In this document: positions 50,418-61,500 of the stretch, piece after piece
Position numbering within the stretch: position 1 is the first letter of the stretch
Layout of the letters: each line of letters opens with the position of its first letter
Source of the DNA: Candidatus Eremiobacteria bacterium
GTDB taxonomy: Bacteria; Vulcanimicrobiota; Vulcanimicrobiia; Vulcanimicrobiales; Vulcanimicrobiaceae
Direction of reading: 5' to 3'
NCBI GenBank assembly: GCA_963737065.1
Contig: CAVTRC010000002.1
Span: 32,001 to 96,000, forward strand
Length of the DNA: 64,000 nucleotides
Notes under the pieces: model-generated
What the model was told of the DNA's origin: nothing
Database searches by the model: none
Seen by the model: the letters and a program-made list of their open reading frames with translations, nothing else
Translations under genes and position numbers: made by a program

Positions 50418-53107
50418 ATGCCGGTTTGTGCCCACGGTCCGGGCGGTCCGGCATAGATCTCGACGAGTTTGTCGGGGACGAGGTACGTCTGCGCCACACG
50501 CCGGACGTCCGCCGCGGTGATTCCCGCGAAACGATCGTTGAGCGTGCGATAGTAGTCGAGCGGAAGTGAGTTCGTTCCGATATCCAACAATTGCGCGACT
50601 TGACCGTCCGCGCTCGCCTCGTCGAGCAGCGCGTTGCTCACGAGACGCAGTTTGGCTTCTTGAAGTTCGGTCTGCGAAACCGGCTGCTCTTGCAGCGTGC
50701 GCAGCTCCGATCGAACGAAGCGTACAGCTTCCGGCACCCGTGCGGGCGATGCATCGAGCTCTACGCGGAAGTCGCCGCGATCGCGGTTGGCATAGACGCT
50801 GCTGTTGACGCTGTAGACAAGTCCGCGTTTTTGACGCAGCTCTTGCCAAAGACGTGATTCGAACGCTCCCGGGGCGCCGAGAATTTGATTGAGGACGAGC
50901 AACGCGGGATAGTCCGCGCTGTCGCGCGGAATCGCGGGCTGACCTAATCGCACGTACACTTGCGTTGCTTGCGTTCCGATGTAATCATGTCCGCTCCGCG
51001 GCGCGGGATATGCGAGCTGACGCGCGTCGGGCGTCGGACCTTGTGCCTTCCACGCTCCGAATGCCTGTTCGAACACCGAGCGCACTTGCTGCGGGGTTAC
51101 GTTCCCGACGACGGCGATCGTTGTGAGATCCGGACGCCAATACCGTGCGGTGTAGTTCAAAACGTCTTGTTGCGTGATGCCGCTCACGCTGCCCGAACTC
51201 GGAACGCGCAGCGACGGATCGCGCGGCGATGCGAGAAGGCGCGCATACGCGCGATCGACCATCACGCCGGAGATCGTCGACTCGGACTGCAAGCTATTCG
51301 AGAGTTGAGCGCGTTCGAGATCGAACCAGGGTGGCCCGAACGTCGGATGCTCTTCGCCGTCGGCGAGAATCGATACGATTGCGGGAAAATCGCGCACGAG
51401 TCCGCGCGCGTTGAAATCTGCGCCGGTGTGCACGACCGCCCCCATTAGATCGATCTGACGGCGGCGCTCCGCAAAGGGATAGTTCGCGCTTCCATAATCT
51501 GCCGCAGCGGAGGCAAGACGTCCGATGCCTTCCTTACCGGACGGCGTGAACGCCGCCGATGATTCGATCTCGCCTTCGAGAACGAACGTCGAGCGGCCGC
51601 GCTTTTGCTGCACGAGCACTTTGAGGCCGTTGCTCAACGTAAACTCGGTCGGATTGAGCGGGCTGCGCGCGGTCGTCGGCGTCCGCAGCTCGGCAGAGAT
51701 TGCCGGTGGAATCGTGATCGGGCCGTTCGGCACGCGCTTGGAGAAATCGTCGCTTGCCGTCGTGTCGCTCTTTTGCGACGTTCCCTTCACCGGTTCGGTC
51801 TTCGTGCGCAAAATTCCGATGACCGTCGGGGTTTTGAGATATTTCGCCGTTACGTCGAGCAGCGATTGCGACGTAATCGCCGCTAACCGGTTGTCTTCAT
51901 CAGAAACCCGCTCGTTGACGATGCCGTACGTGTATCCCGCGAGATCGCCCATCCCGGTAATGGAGTCGCCGGAGTAGAGACGCTCCGCGATCGTCAGCCG
52001 CTTCGATGCCTGTACCAGATCCGCGGAAAATCCGTTTTTGAGCGCGGCATCCATCGTAGCTTGGAAAATCTGTTGTGCTTCGGCGCTCGTGTGTCCCGGG
52101 TTGAGGACGATGAACACGTTGAAGAGACCACCGTGCAACTGCGTGTCCTGATCGGCTTCGATCGCGAGCGCGACGTTCGACTGTACCAACGCTTGATAGA
52201 ACGGCGAGAGCTGATTACCGATCAGTTGTACGAGGGTGCTGATTTCCGGCTCACCCTTTTCCGCATCACCGGGAACAGCGTACGCCATGTCGAGAATCTC
52301 GAACGGGAACGGCAGATTGGATTCGACCGTCACGGTGTGCGAGATCGGAACTGGATGCGTCGCTTCGTGCTCGGGCAGTTTCTTCGACGCAATCGACGAG
52401 AAGAACCGGCGCGCGTGTTCGAAGACCGTCGCGTGATCGACGTCGCCTGCCACGACGAGCGTCGCGTTGTTCGGCGCGTACCATTTGTGATAATACGTCC
52501 CGATGTCGGCCGCCGTCGCGCGTTCGATGTCGCTCCGCGCGCCGATCGGCGTGCGTCCTTCGGGTTGTCCGGGGTACGCCGTCGCGCGAACCCGTGAAAG
52601 CAACGAAAAGAAGGGCGAGCTGTCATCGCCTTCGAGTTCGTTGAGCACCGCGCCGCGTTCGATATTCCAGTCGGCTTGGCGTAACGCGAGGTTGCGCATA
52701 CGATCGGCTTCGATTTGCAGTCCGACGTCCATCTTGTCCGCCGGCATCACGAAATAGAAATGCGTTTGATCGTAGGATGTTTCCGCATTCATTTGCGCGC
52801 CCAAGCGCGCGACGATGTCGTCCAGTCCGCCGGCGCTCATGTCGGTCGTACCGCGGAACATCATGTGCTCGAGCGCGTGCGCGAGTCCCGTCTTTCCCGG
52901 CGTTTCGTCCAGCGAACCGAAGTGGTACCAGACGGCGGTTTGCACGACGGGCGCGGCGCGATCCTCAACGACGACAACCCGCAAACCGTTTTGCAGGGTG
53001 GTCGTATAGATGCCCGCATCGCCGGGGCCGCCGGAGTCTTGCGGCGCTCCCGACGCAGGCGCGAGCACGGCGAAGAGGCAGACGATCAGCAACAAGGCGC
53101 GTTTCAC
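50414..53107 (-). CDS. Secreted M16 zinc protease (fused halves)
   Basis: Signal peptide, HALEH, YAPNNA, second TLSNGL half, LRQKRGLVY. Confidence 0.93.
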   Translation of the reverse strand: MKRALLLIVCLFAVLAPASGAPQDSGGPGDAGIYTTTLQNGLRVVVVEDRAAPVVQTAVWYHFGSLDETPGKTGLAHALEHMMFRGTTDMSAGGLDDIVARLGAQMNAETSYDQTHFYFVMPADKMDVGLQIEADRMRNLALRQADWNIERGAVLNELEGDDSSPFFSLLSRVRATAYPGQPEGRTPIGARSDIERATAADIGTYYHKWYAPNNATLVVAGDVDHATVFEHARRFFSSIASKKLPEHEATHPVPISHTVTVESNLPFPFEILDMAYAVPGDAEKGEPEISTLVQLIGNQLSPFYQALVQSNVALAIEADQDTQLHGGLFNVFIVLNPGHTSAEAQQIFQATMDAALKNGFSADLVQASKRLTIAERLYSGDSITGMGDLAGYTYGIVNERVSDEDNRLAAITSQSLLDVTAKYLKTPTVIGILRTKTEPVKGTSQKSDTTASDDFSKRVPNGPITIPPAISAELRTPTTARSPLNPTEFTLSNGLKVLVQQKRGRSTFVLEGEIESSAAFTPSGKEGIGRLASAAADYGSANYPFAERRRQIDLMGAVVHTGADFNARGLVRDFPAIVSILADGEEHPTFGPPWFDLERAQLSNSLQSESTISGVMVDRAYARLLASPRDPSLRVPSSGSVSGITQQDVLNYTARYWRPDLTTIAVVGNVTPQQVRSVFEQAFGAWKAQGPTPDARQLAYPAPRSGHDYIGTQATQVYVRLGQPAIPRDSADYPALLVLNQILGAPGAFESRLWQELRQKRGLVYSVNSSVYANRDRGDFRVELDASPARVPEAVRFVRSELRTLQEQPVSQTELQEAKLRLVSNALLDEASADGQVAQLLDIGTNSLPLDYYRTLNDRFAGITAADVRRVAQTYLVPDKLVEIYAGPPGPWAQTGI

Positions 53108-53137
53108 GGGACGGTTGCGACTCCTTGAAGCGCGCGC

Positions 53138-53983
53138 TTACCGCACGCCGAGATAGTAACGTGCCGACGACTCTACAGCGGCGCGCGGAATGCAGCCGAT
53201 CAACTCGCTCGTTGCAACGGTCACTCCGTGCGCGGCCGCAAGCCGCCGCACGAGCTCTACGATTCGATAGAGCGGCGTCGACTCATACCGCGTGACATTA
53301 AAGGAAACTTGAACGACGTTCTCTCCGAGGCGCAAGCCAAGCGCGCGAAGCGTCACGAGTCCTCCCGTTCGTTCGCGCATCCGCGCCGCGAGCTGCCGCG
53401 CCACGCCGATCTCGGATGTCGCCAAGTTCACGTTGAACGCGATCAGCAGCAGTCGCGCGCCGATCGCGACCGCGCCCGCTCGCTCGTGGCGCGCGATATC
53501 GCCGACGTCCGGCCGCCACCGCGGATCGGCGAACCGTGCCGGTAACCCTTCGAATTCGCCTGCCCGCACGTCGGCAAGAAGTTGCCGGTGCGGCACCCGT
53601 GCCGCGGCGCCGTAGTAAAACGACGGAATACGATAGCGATCCCAAATACGCTCGCCTGCTTCGTGCGCGAGCGTTACGGCGTCATCGAGCGGCGCGCCGT
53701 CCAGTGGGACGAACGGAAGCACGTCGAGCGCGCCGATACGCGGATGAACGCCGCGGTGCGAACGAAGATCGATCGACTCCACCGCGATTCCGGCGAGCGC
53801 GACCGACGCATCGAGCACGCTCGCCGCATCGCCGACAATTGTGAGCACGCTGCGGTGATGAACGGCATCGCTCGTACGGTGCAGCACGTGCGCTCCGGTG
53901 GCGTGGACCGCCGCAGCTGCCGCGTCGATCGTTTCGCTTCGCCGCCCTTCGGAGATATTCGGGACGATTTCGAAGAGACGCAC
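53138..53983 (-). CDS. Glutamate formimidoyltransferase (stand-alone)
   Basis: VPNISEGR, HHRSVLT, HRGVHPRIGALDVLPF, GAR..LIAFNVNL, SELIG. Confidence 0.9.
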   Translation of the reverse strand: MRLFEIVPNISEGRRSETIDAAAAAVHATGAHVLHRTSDAVHHRSVLTIVGDAASVLDASVALAGIAVESIDLRSHRGVHPRIGALDVLPFVPLDGAPLDDAVTLAHEAGERIWDRYRIPSFYYGAAARVPHRQLLADVRAGEFEGLPARFADPRWRPDVGDIARHERAGAVAIGARLLLIAFNVNLATSEIGVARQLAARMRERTGGLVTLRALGLRLGENVVQVSFNVTRYESTPLYRIVELVRRLAAAHGVTVATSELIGCIPRAAVESSARYYLGVR

Positions 53984-53985
53984 GA

Positions 53986-55311
53986 TTACCGTAACGCGGC
54001 AGCGATCGCGCTCGCGATATCGGTGAAGCGTCCCGGCGTGAGCATCGTGCTGTATCCCAGCTTCTGCGCTTCCGCTTCCCGCCGCGCCGACGCGCCGACG
54101 GCACGCAATTCACCGGAGAGGCCGAGTTCGCCATATGCGATCGCGTCAGCGGGCAGTGGCATGTTGCGAAACGACGACGCAATCGCAAGCGCGATCCCGA
54201 GATCGGCGGCGGGTTCGTTGATGCGAAGGCCGCCCGCGACCGACGCGTAAACGTCATGCGTGCCGAGATGCATGCCGACGCGCCGTTCGAGCACGGCAAG
54301 GATCATAGCAAGACGGGCTTGATCGAGGTTGTTAGCAAGACGCCGCGGCGTGCCGTAACTGGTTTCGCCGACGAGCGCTTGCACTTCGATCAGGACCGGG
54401 CGCGACCCGACGATCGAGGCGACAACGCACGATCCGCTGGGACGAGCATCGCGCCCCGCGAGAAACAATTCCGATGGATTCTCAACTTCGTCGAGACCGC
54501 TTTCATGCATCGCGAACACGCAGATCTCGTCGATCGAACCGAAGCGATTTTTATACGCGCGTAAGATGCGGTATTCGCCGCTCGTCTCGCCCTCGAAATA
54601 CAACACCGTATCGACCAGATGCTCCAGCAAGCGCGGCCCCGCGATCGCGCCGTCTTTCGTGACGTGTCCGACGATGAACGTTGCGCATCCGGTACGCTTG
54701 GCATACTCCATCAACGCTTGCGTGCAGTCGCGCACCTGCGTCACGGAGCCGGCATACGCTTCAGCCTCCGGTAACCACACCGTTTGAATCGAGTCGATGA
54801 TGAGCGCGATCGGCGAGAGCCGTTCGAGCTGCTCGAGCACGCTGCGAAGATTTGTCTCGGCGTAGACGAGGATCGGTGCGTTGAGATTCAAGCGTTGAGC
54901 GCGCAGCTTGACCTGCGCCGCGGATTCCTCGCCGCACACGTATACCGTTGGTCCGAGATCGGCGAGACGCGCGGCGATTTGCAAGAGCAGCGTCGATTTT
55001 CCCGCACCCGGCGGTCCGCCGACGAGCGTCACGCTGCCCGGAACGATTCCGCCGCCGAGCACTCCGTCGAACTCGCGCAAGCCCGTTCGAACGCGCGCGA
55101 TTTTGGCGCCGTCGATCTCGTGCAGCGGAACCGGTGCAGGCGCCGCATTGCGCGGCGGCGTCGCGGCTTTCGCGCCGCGCGACGGAACCGTAAATGCCCG
55201 TTCGTCGAACGAGTTCCATGCTTCGCACTGCGGACAACGCCCAAGCCATCGGGGCGACTCGAATCCGCAGGCGTTGCAGAAATAGACGGAGCGTGCCTTT
55301 GCCACGCGCAC
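53986..55311 (-). CDS. radA: DNA repair protein RadA/Sms
   Basis: C4 zinc finger, GPPGAGKST, KNRFG, GELGLSGE. Confidence 0.96.
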   Translation of the reverse strand: MRVAKARSVYFCNACGFESPRWLGRCPQCEAWNSFDERAFTVPSRGAKAATPPRNAAPAPVPLHEIDGAKIARVRTGLREFDGVLGGGIVPGSVTLVGGPPGAGKSTLLLQIAARLADLGPTVYVCGEESAAQVKLRAQRLNLNAPILVYAETNLRSVLEQLERLSPIALIIDSIQTVWLPEAEAYAGSVTQVRDCTQALMEYAKRTGCATFIVGHVTKDGAIAGPRLLEHLVDTVLYFEGETSGEYRILRAYKNRFGSIDEICVFAMHESGLDEVENPSELFLAGRDARPSGSCVVASIVGSRPVLIEVQALVGETSYGTPRRLANNLDQARLAMILAVLERRVGMHLGTHDVYASVAGGLRINEPAADLGIALAIASSFRNMPLPADAIAYGELGLSGELRAVGASARREAEAQKLGYSTMLTPGRFTDIASAIAAALR

Positions 55312-55364
55312 GCTTTTGCCGCACGGGGTGGAGTTGCCTGGAACGGCGAAACGGCCGCTCGATC

Positions 55365-56078
55365 ATGAGCCTTCCTCCGCACCTGCAGATTGCGATCGAC
55401 GGTCCCGCCGCATCGGGGAAAACCACGGTCGCGCATCGGCTCGCGGAACGGCTGCAGATTCTGTATCTCGATACGGGTGCGATGTACCGGACGCTCGCGC
55501 ATCTCGCGTTGCAGACACGCACCGATGCGGATAATGAAGGCGCGCTCGTCCGTTTGTGGGACGGCGCGCACGTTCACATCGAGCTCGACGCGTCGTCGCC
55601 GCTCGGGTTTCGCATTGATGCGGGCGGGCGCGACATCGACGAACGTATTTTGCAATCGAACGAAGTGACCGCAATCGTTTCGACCGTCGCGGCGCATCCG
55701 CGCGTCCGCGACGCGATGATATGCAGCCAACGCGACGTCGCGGCGCGTGGCGCGGTCGTCATGGCCGGACGTGACATCGGAACCGTCGTGTTGCCGCTCG
55801 CCCAGGTGAAAATCTTTCTGACCGCATCGGTTGAAACTCGCGTGGCGCGCCGTCGCGCACAATTATTCGAAGCGGGCGTCGACGTGAACATCCATCAGCT
55901 CGCACAGGAGATTGAAGAGCGCGACCGCCTCGATCGCGAGCGCGCCGCGTCGCCGCTCGTGCCTGCGCCCGATGCGCACGCGATCGATTCCAGTACGATC
56001 GACGCCGACGCGGTTGTTGCGGAAATCATCCAGATCGTGCGCAACGTGCAGGCCAACGGCGGTCAGGTCATCGCGTGA
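55365..56078 (+). CDS. cmk: Cytidylate kinase
   Basis: IAIDGPAASGKTT, DTGAMYR, GRDIGTVV. Confidence 0.95.
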   Translation: MSLPPHLQIAIDGPAASGKTTVAHRLAERLQILYLDTGAMYRTLAHLALQTRTDADNEGALVRLWDGAHVHIELDASSPLGFRIDAGGRDIDERILQSNEVTAIVSTVAAHPRVRDAMICSQRDVAARGAVVMAGRDIGTVVLPLAQVKIFLTASVETRVARRRAQLFEAGVDVNIHQLAQEIEERDRLDRERAASPLVPAPDAHAIDSSTIDADAVVAEIIQIVRNVQANGGQVIA

Positions 56079-56680
56079 ACCTCCTCTACGCCTTTGCGCG
56101 TTCTTCGATCCGGCTGTACAGCGAATTGGTTTGGAATGCGAAAGGGCTCGGCACCGAAAGCGTCCCCCGGACCGGTCCGTTGATCATCGCCTGCAATCAC
56201 ATCTCGCTGCTCGATCCGCCGGTCATGGGCAGCTTCGTTCCGCGCCCCGTCTGGTACATGGCGAAAAAGGAACTCTTCGAGATTCCCGGACTCGGTCAAC
56301 TGATCCGCGCCGTCGGCGCGTATCCGATCGACCGTGAGGGAAGCGCCGCATCAGCGATTAAGCGCTCCGTCGAGATGTTGCGTGATGGCAAGTGCATTGG
56401 CATTTTCCCGGAAGGCGGACGCAACGCTGAGGGCGACAAGGCGGCCCGCGCGGGCGTTGCGCTCTTGGCCTCGCTCGGCAAGGCGCCCGTCGTCCCGGCG
56501 GCCGTCGTGGGCACGAATTTGAAGAAAAAGCGGAATAACGTCAAGGTCGCATTCGCGAAGCCGCTCGCACTGCCGTCCGACCGGAAAGCAACCCGCGAAG
56601 AATTGGCGAAGTTTACCGACACGGTTATGAGCGCAATTTACGCGCTCGCGAGGGATATTGGTGGAAATTCGCAAGGCTAA
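56075..56680 (+). CDS. plsC: 1-acyl-sn-glycerol-3-phosphate acyltransferase
   Basis: NHISLLD, IFPEG. Confidence 0.9.
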   Translation: MNLLYAFARSSIRLYSELVWNAKGLGTESVPRTGPLIIACNHISLLDPPVMGSFVPRPVWYMAKKELFEIPGLGQLIRAVGAYPIDREGSAASAIKRSVEMLRDGKCIGIFPEGGRNAEGDKAARAGVALLASLGKAPVVPAAVVGTNLKKKRNNVKVAFAKPLALPSDRKATREELAKFTDTVMSAIYALARDIGGNSQG

Positions 56681-57503
56681 AGTTCAAGGTTTCTGCTTCG
56701 GCGTCGCGATCACGGTGAAGAAAGCCGAAGAGGCGATCGAATCGCGTAGCGACGTGACGACACTCGGCCATGTCGTGCACAACCCGCAAATGGTGCAATC
56801 GCTCGAACAGCGCGGCCTCCGCAATGCGCACTCGGTTGACGAAGTGGACGGCGGTGCGCTCTTCGTTCGCGCGCACGGGTTGCCGGTGGATGTCTTTGAG
56901 AAAGCCTCGCAAAAGGGCCTCGAAGTCATCGATGCGACCTGCCCGATGGTCACGAAGATTCACGTGCAGGCCGAACGCCTAAAAGCCGACGGCTATAAAA
57001 TCATCGTGGTCGGCGACCCGAAACATCCGGAAGTCAAAGGAACGCTGAGCCATGTTCCGGGCGCGTGGTGCATTGAAACGGTGGAAGATATCGAAAAACT
57101 TCCGCGCAGCAGCAGAGTCGGTGTCGTCGTCCAGTCGACGTATTCGCGCGAACGCTTCAGCGAGATCGTGAAAGCGCTTTCGGAAAAGTATTATGAAGTG
57201 CGCGCGGTCAACACGATCTGCACCGACACGAACAATCGCCAAACCGAAGCGCTGAGACTCGCCGGTGAAGTTGAGGTCATGGTCGTGGTCGGCGGCAAAA
57301 CTTCCGCAAACACCAAGCATCTCGCCGAACTTGCCGAGACGCACGGTGCGCATTCGTATCACATCGAAGGGCCGGACGAGCTGCGTGCAGAGTGGTTCGA
57401 CGGCATAACCGTCGCCGGACTGATGTCCGGCGCCTCGACACCGGGTTGGCTCGTCGATCGAGTTGAGCAGCGAATGGAGGAGCTCACCCGTCAGCCGGTT
57501 TAG
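56658..57503 (+). CDS. ispH: 4-hydroxy-3-methylbut-2-enyl diphosphate reductase
   Basis: GFCFGV, RAHG, DATCP, HPEV, NTIC, GASTP. Confidence 0.96.
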   Translation: MVEIRKAKVQGFCFGVAITVKKAEEAIESRSDVTTLGHVVHNPQMVQSLEQRGLRNAHSVDEVDGGALFVRAHGLPVDVFEKASQKGLEVIDATCPMVTKIHVQAERLKADGYKIIVVGDPKHPEVKGTLSHVPGAWCIETVEDIEKLPRSSRVGVVVQSTYSRERFSEIVKALSEKYYEVRAVNTICTDTNNRQTEALRLAGEVEVMVVVGGKTSANTKHLAELAETHGAHSYHIEGPDELRAEWFDGITVAGLMSGASTPGWLVDRVEQRMEELTRQPV

Positions 57504-58491
57504 TTTCGAGGCCCTTGACGGGCCGTGTGAGCCTTTTGAAGCTCATCTGGAACGGCGAGTAACCGAGTATCGGGGATCCTCTTTGATCTCCGATATGCTT
57601 TTCTACCACTTCGCATACGGTGACTATGGTCCGGCGCGTCCCGGCAAACGGCTGCGCCCGCAACTCGTGATGCGGGCGGCGCTCAGCGAAGGCGCGGATC
57701 TCGACGATGCGCTCGATGCGGCGGTTGCCGTCGAACTGCTGCATAACTATTCACTCGTCCACGATGACATCGAAGACGGCGACGAACTGCGCCGCGGGCG
57801 GCGCACGCTGTGGAGCGTCTACGGCGTTGCCCAGGCGATCAACACCGGCGACGCGCTTTGCGCGCTGACTTTTTTGACGATGCTCAAGTCGCGGGAACGC
57901 CACCCGTTCGAACGCGTCGTTTCGATGATGGGCATGCTGCATGAAGCGCACGCCGTCATGTGCGATGGACAGTCGCTCGATCTCCACTTCGAGACCGTCT
58001 CGCAAGTCGACGTCGCGCGTTACTACGACATGATCGGTGCGAAGACGGCGGCGCTCTTCGAAGTCTCTTGCATGCTCGGTGCGCAGTGCGCACATGCCGA
58101 CGGCGAGACGATTCGCGCATACGGCAAGATCGGTCGCGCGTACGGTACGGCATTTCAGATCCGAGACGACATGCTGGGCGTGTGGGCGACGGCCGATGCG
58201 ACCGGGAAAATCGCGCTGAACGACTTGGCGCGGCGCAAGTGGACGTTTCCGATCGTCTGGGCTCTGGCGCAGCCACCGTCGGCGGCGCGCGATGCGGTCG
58301 CGCAGGCCTATGGAAGCGGCGGCGCGCTAAGCCCCGATTCGGTATCCCGCGTTATGGACGCGCTGCAAGCGCTGCGAGCACGAGAGGCGGCGGCGCGTGC
58401 GGTCGAAGAACAAGTGGCCGTCGTGGAGCGAGCGCATGCGATTGCGCTCCGCGAATACATGCTCAATACGCTAGCCGCAAGCGTCGGCTAA
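57463..58491 (+). CDS. Trans-polyprenyl diphosphate synthase
   Basis: GKRLRP, HDDIEDGDELRRG, GQSLD, KTA, FQIRDD; start uncertain. Confidence 0.92.
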   Translation: MSSEWRSSPVSRFSFEALDGPCEPFEAHLERRVTEYRGSSLISDMLFYHFAYGDYGPARPGKRLRPQLVMRAALSEGADLDDALDAAVAVELLHNYSLVHDDIEDGDELRRGRRTLWSVYGVAQAINTGDALCALTFLTMLKSRERHPFERVVSMMGMLHEAHAVMCDGQSLDLHFETVSQVDVARYYDMIGAKTAALFEVSCMLGAQCAHADGETIRAYGKIGRAYGTAFQIRDDMLGVWATADATGKIALNDLARRKWTFPIVWALAQPPSAARDAVAQAYGSGGALSPDSVSRVMDALQALRAREAAARAVEEQVAVVERAHAIALREYMLNTLAASVG

Positions 58492-58510
58492 CCGGAGGAT
58501 ACACCACTTC

Positions 58511-61500
58511 GTGAAGGTCATGACGAACGACCAGCCGTCCGTCTGGGAACGCACGTACCCTTGGGCGCTTCCGGCGTTGCTGTTGCTCGGCTTCGTCGTG
58601 CGCATGCTCTTCGTGCGTTCGTCGGGTTTTCAAACCGATGTCAGCACGTTTGAAGCGTGGGCGATATCGGTTCATGAAAACGGCCTCGCGAACTTCTATG
58701 CAAAGACGAGTTTTGCCGATTACCCGCCGGGCTATTTATATATTCTAGGGTTGATCGGCGCACTGTGGGCGCCGTTCCGTGCGCACGATCCGGGGTACGC
58801 GATGCTCGGCGTGCTCGTGAAGATGCCGTCGATCCTGGCCGATCTCGGCGTCGGCGCGCTGCTCTTCGCGCTCGGACGGCGCTTCGCGGCGCCGGCAATT
58901 GCCTTTGGCGCCGCAGCGTTGTACGTCTTCAATCCCGCAACGATCTTCAATTCGGCTGATTGGGGACAGATCGACTCGGTGTCGGCTGGTCTCGCGCTGC
59001 TTGCCGCGTTCTTTCTGTTGAAAAGCGACGATTCGCCGGCGGAGCGCCTGTCCTGGCAAATCCCCGTAGCTTGGGTTACGTTTGCATATTCGCTGCTGAT
59101 CAAGCCACAGGCTGCCGTGCTGATTCCGATCTTTATTGCCTTTGCATTTACGGATCGCGAGCGTATGCGTTCGCGCGTCGCCGGAACCGCCATCGGGATC
59201 GTCGCGGCGTGTATCTTTGCGATCCTCTTGGTCGAGCCGTTCCATCCGTCGAATCCGATTGCTGCTCTCGGTTGGCTATTGCAGCGATACTCCGTCGGAT
59301 CGGCGGTTTACGACTACAATACCGTCAACGCGTTCAATTTGTGGGCGCTTCGCGGCGATCTTTGGGAGAAAGATTCGCAGCCGATCGTCGGTTTGGCGCA
59401 ATACGTTTGGGGCATCGGACTCGTCATTGCCGCGCTTGCCTTGATCGTGTGGCGCTACGTGCAAGAGCGCACGCCGGCGTCACTCTTGGAGTCCTCGGCC
59501 CTTGCGCTGCTGGCGTTCTTCGTGCTCGCGACGCGCATGCACGAGCGGTATATCTTCGACGGCATGCTGTTTTCCGTTGCATGCATTCCGATTGCGCGTC
59601 GCTATGTTTGGGGCTCGATCGTGCTCTCGATCGTGCTCTTTGCGAACCTACTCTATTCGCTGCAATATCTCTTGGCGGTAACGGGCGGTATGCCGGGCGC
59701 AAATCCGCACAATCTGTGGGGAGTCGGGACGCAATTCTTTGCGGTGCTCGCCGTTGGAACGTTCTTTTTGCTTGGCTGGGCGTATCTCGGCGGCAGCACG
59801 GAACGCGACGAGTCGCTCGGAGTGCGCCCTCCGCACGATGCGGCTGCAACGCAGCCGCGGTCGTGGTGGCGCGCGCTCGATTATTTCGATCCGCGCGAAG
59901 GCTTGGCGGTGATGCGCAAACCGCTGGACTACGTGGTGATGGGCTCGCTCGGCGCCGCGAGTTTCATCGTCTCCTACATCAACTATTGGTATCCGCCGAC
60001 CAAGGTTTTCGACGAGATCTACTTCGCGCGCGCTGCGGAAGAGTACCTCAAAAACATGCGCATTTACGAAAATACGCATCCGCCGCTCTCGAAGCTGCTC
60101 GTCACGCTCTCCGTCTTACTGTTCGGCGGCCTCGGTCATGGCGACAATTCGTACGGATGGCGTTTTCTCGACGTTGTTTTCGGTGCGCTGGTTGTAATGC
60201 TGCTGTACGTTTTCGCCAAGCGCGTGACGAAATCGACGATCTTCGCGACGATTGCGGCCGCATTTCTGTTTTTTGACGGCATGCATTTCGTGCAATCGCG
60301 CATTGCCACGCCGGAAGGCTTCGTCGTATTTTTCTCGCTCGCGGCGGTTTATGCTTTCTACCGGTTCCTGATCGCGTCGCAAGTGGAGGAACGCGAGCAT
60401 GTCGCCGTACCCGGCTTCGCGTTCGGCGCCGGCGTCGCGGTTTCGCTCGTCATCGGATTAATTGCGGTCCTCGTCTGGGATTTGGTTTGGACCCACATGC
60501 CGAATCCGTCGAAGCTCGATTTGCCGACGTCGATCGTTATTGCCCTTTACGTTGCGCTCGGCGTGTACTTACTCGTGCGCTACGTTGCATTTCCGAAGAT
60601 CTACGCGGATGGAACGACGGAACAAACCTATGCCGACGGCTCATATGCGCTCGTCGATGCGCAGCGCCACGCCGTCTTCGCGGTCGACGGCGGCGCAATC
60701 GAGAGCGCACCCGGCGGTAAAGCGAAGATCCGTAACGGGCCGTATTCGCAAAATCGTGCGGGTGCGCTCGAGTATGTCGACGGCGACGTCACGTTGACGT
60801 ACCGGACGGAACCGAGCGTCACGTACGGCTCGCCCGCGGGCCGCGTCGTGTACGCGAATAATGAAGTGCATGCGGACGCTGAGGTGGAGCAAGGTAAGTC
60901 GGCAAAACTGTGGCTCCTCGCATTCACGATCGCACTCGGTCTGCTCGTGAGCTCGAAGTGGTACGGCGTGATGGGTTTCGGCGTGAGCTTCATCGCGTTG
61001 ATTTTTGTGTCGTTACAGCGCTTCTTCCGGCGCGGCCGTATTGCGCTGTGGGGCAACCCGCGCGGATTCCGCTTGGACGGCGCGCTCGTCACTATTCTTT
61101 TCGTCGCAGCGACGGTTTACGGGCTCGTTTGGATTCCCGATCTCGTCCGGCAATCACCCGATCCCAATGAGATTCACAACATCAACGACGTCGTTGCGCG
61201 TCAGTACTCGATGTTCGAATATCACGACACGCTCAAAGCCACGCATCCGTATTCGTCAAAGTGGTGGGAGTGGCCGCTCGACTACGTCCCCATCGCCTAC
61301 TATTATCAGGACAATCGAGCGAACAAGAGCGACGACCACGGCTGTTGCGTCGAAGAGATCACCTCGATGCCCAATCCGTTCAATATGTGGTTAGGACTCG
61401 TGTGCGTCCCCATCGTCGCGTTTCTTGCTTGGCGAGAACGCAACAAAGCCTATGCGCTGATCGTGCTGACGTATCTGCTGCAGTGGCTACCGTGGATGAG

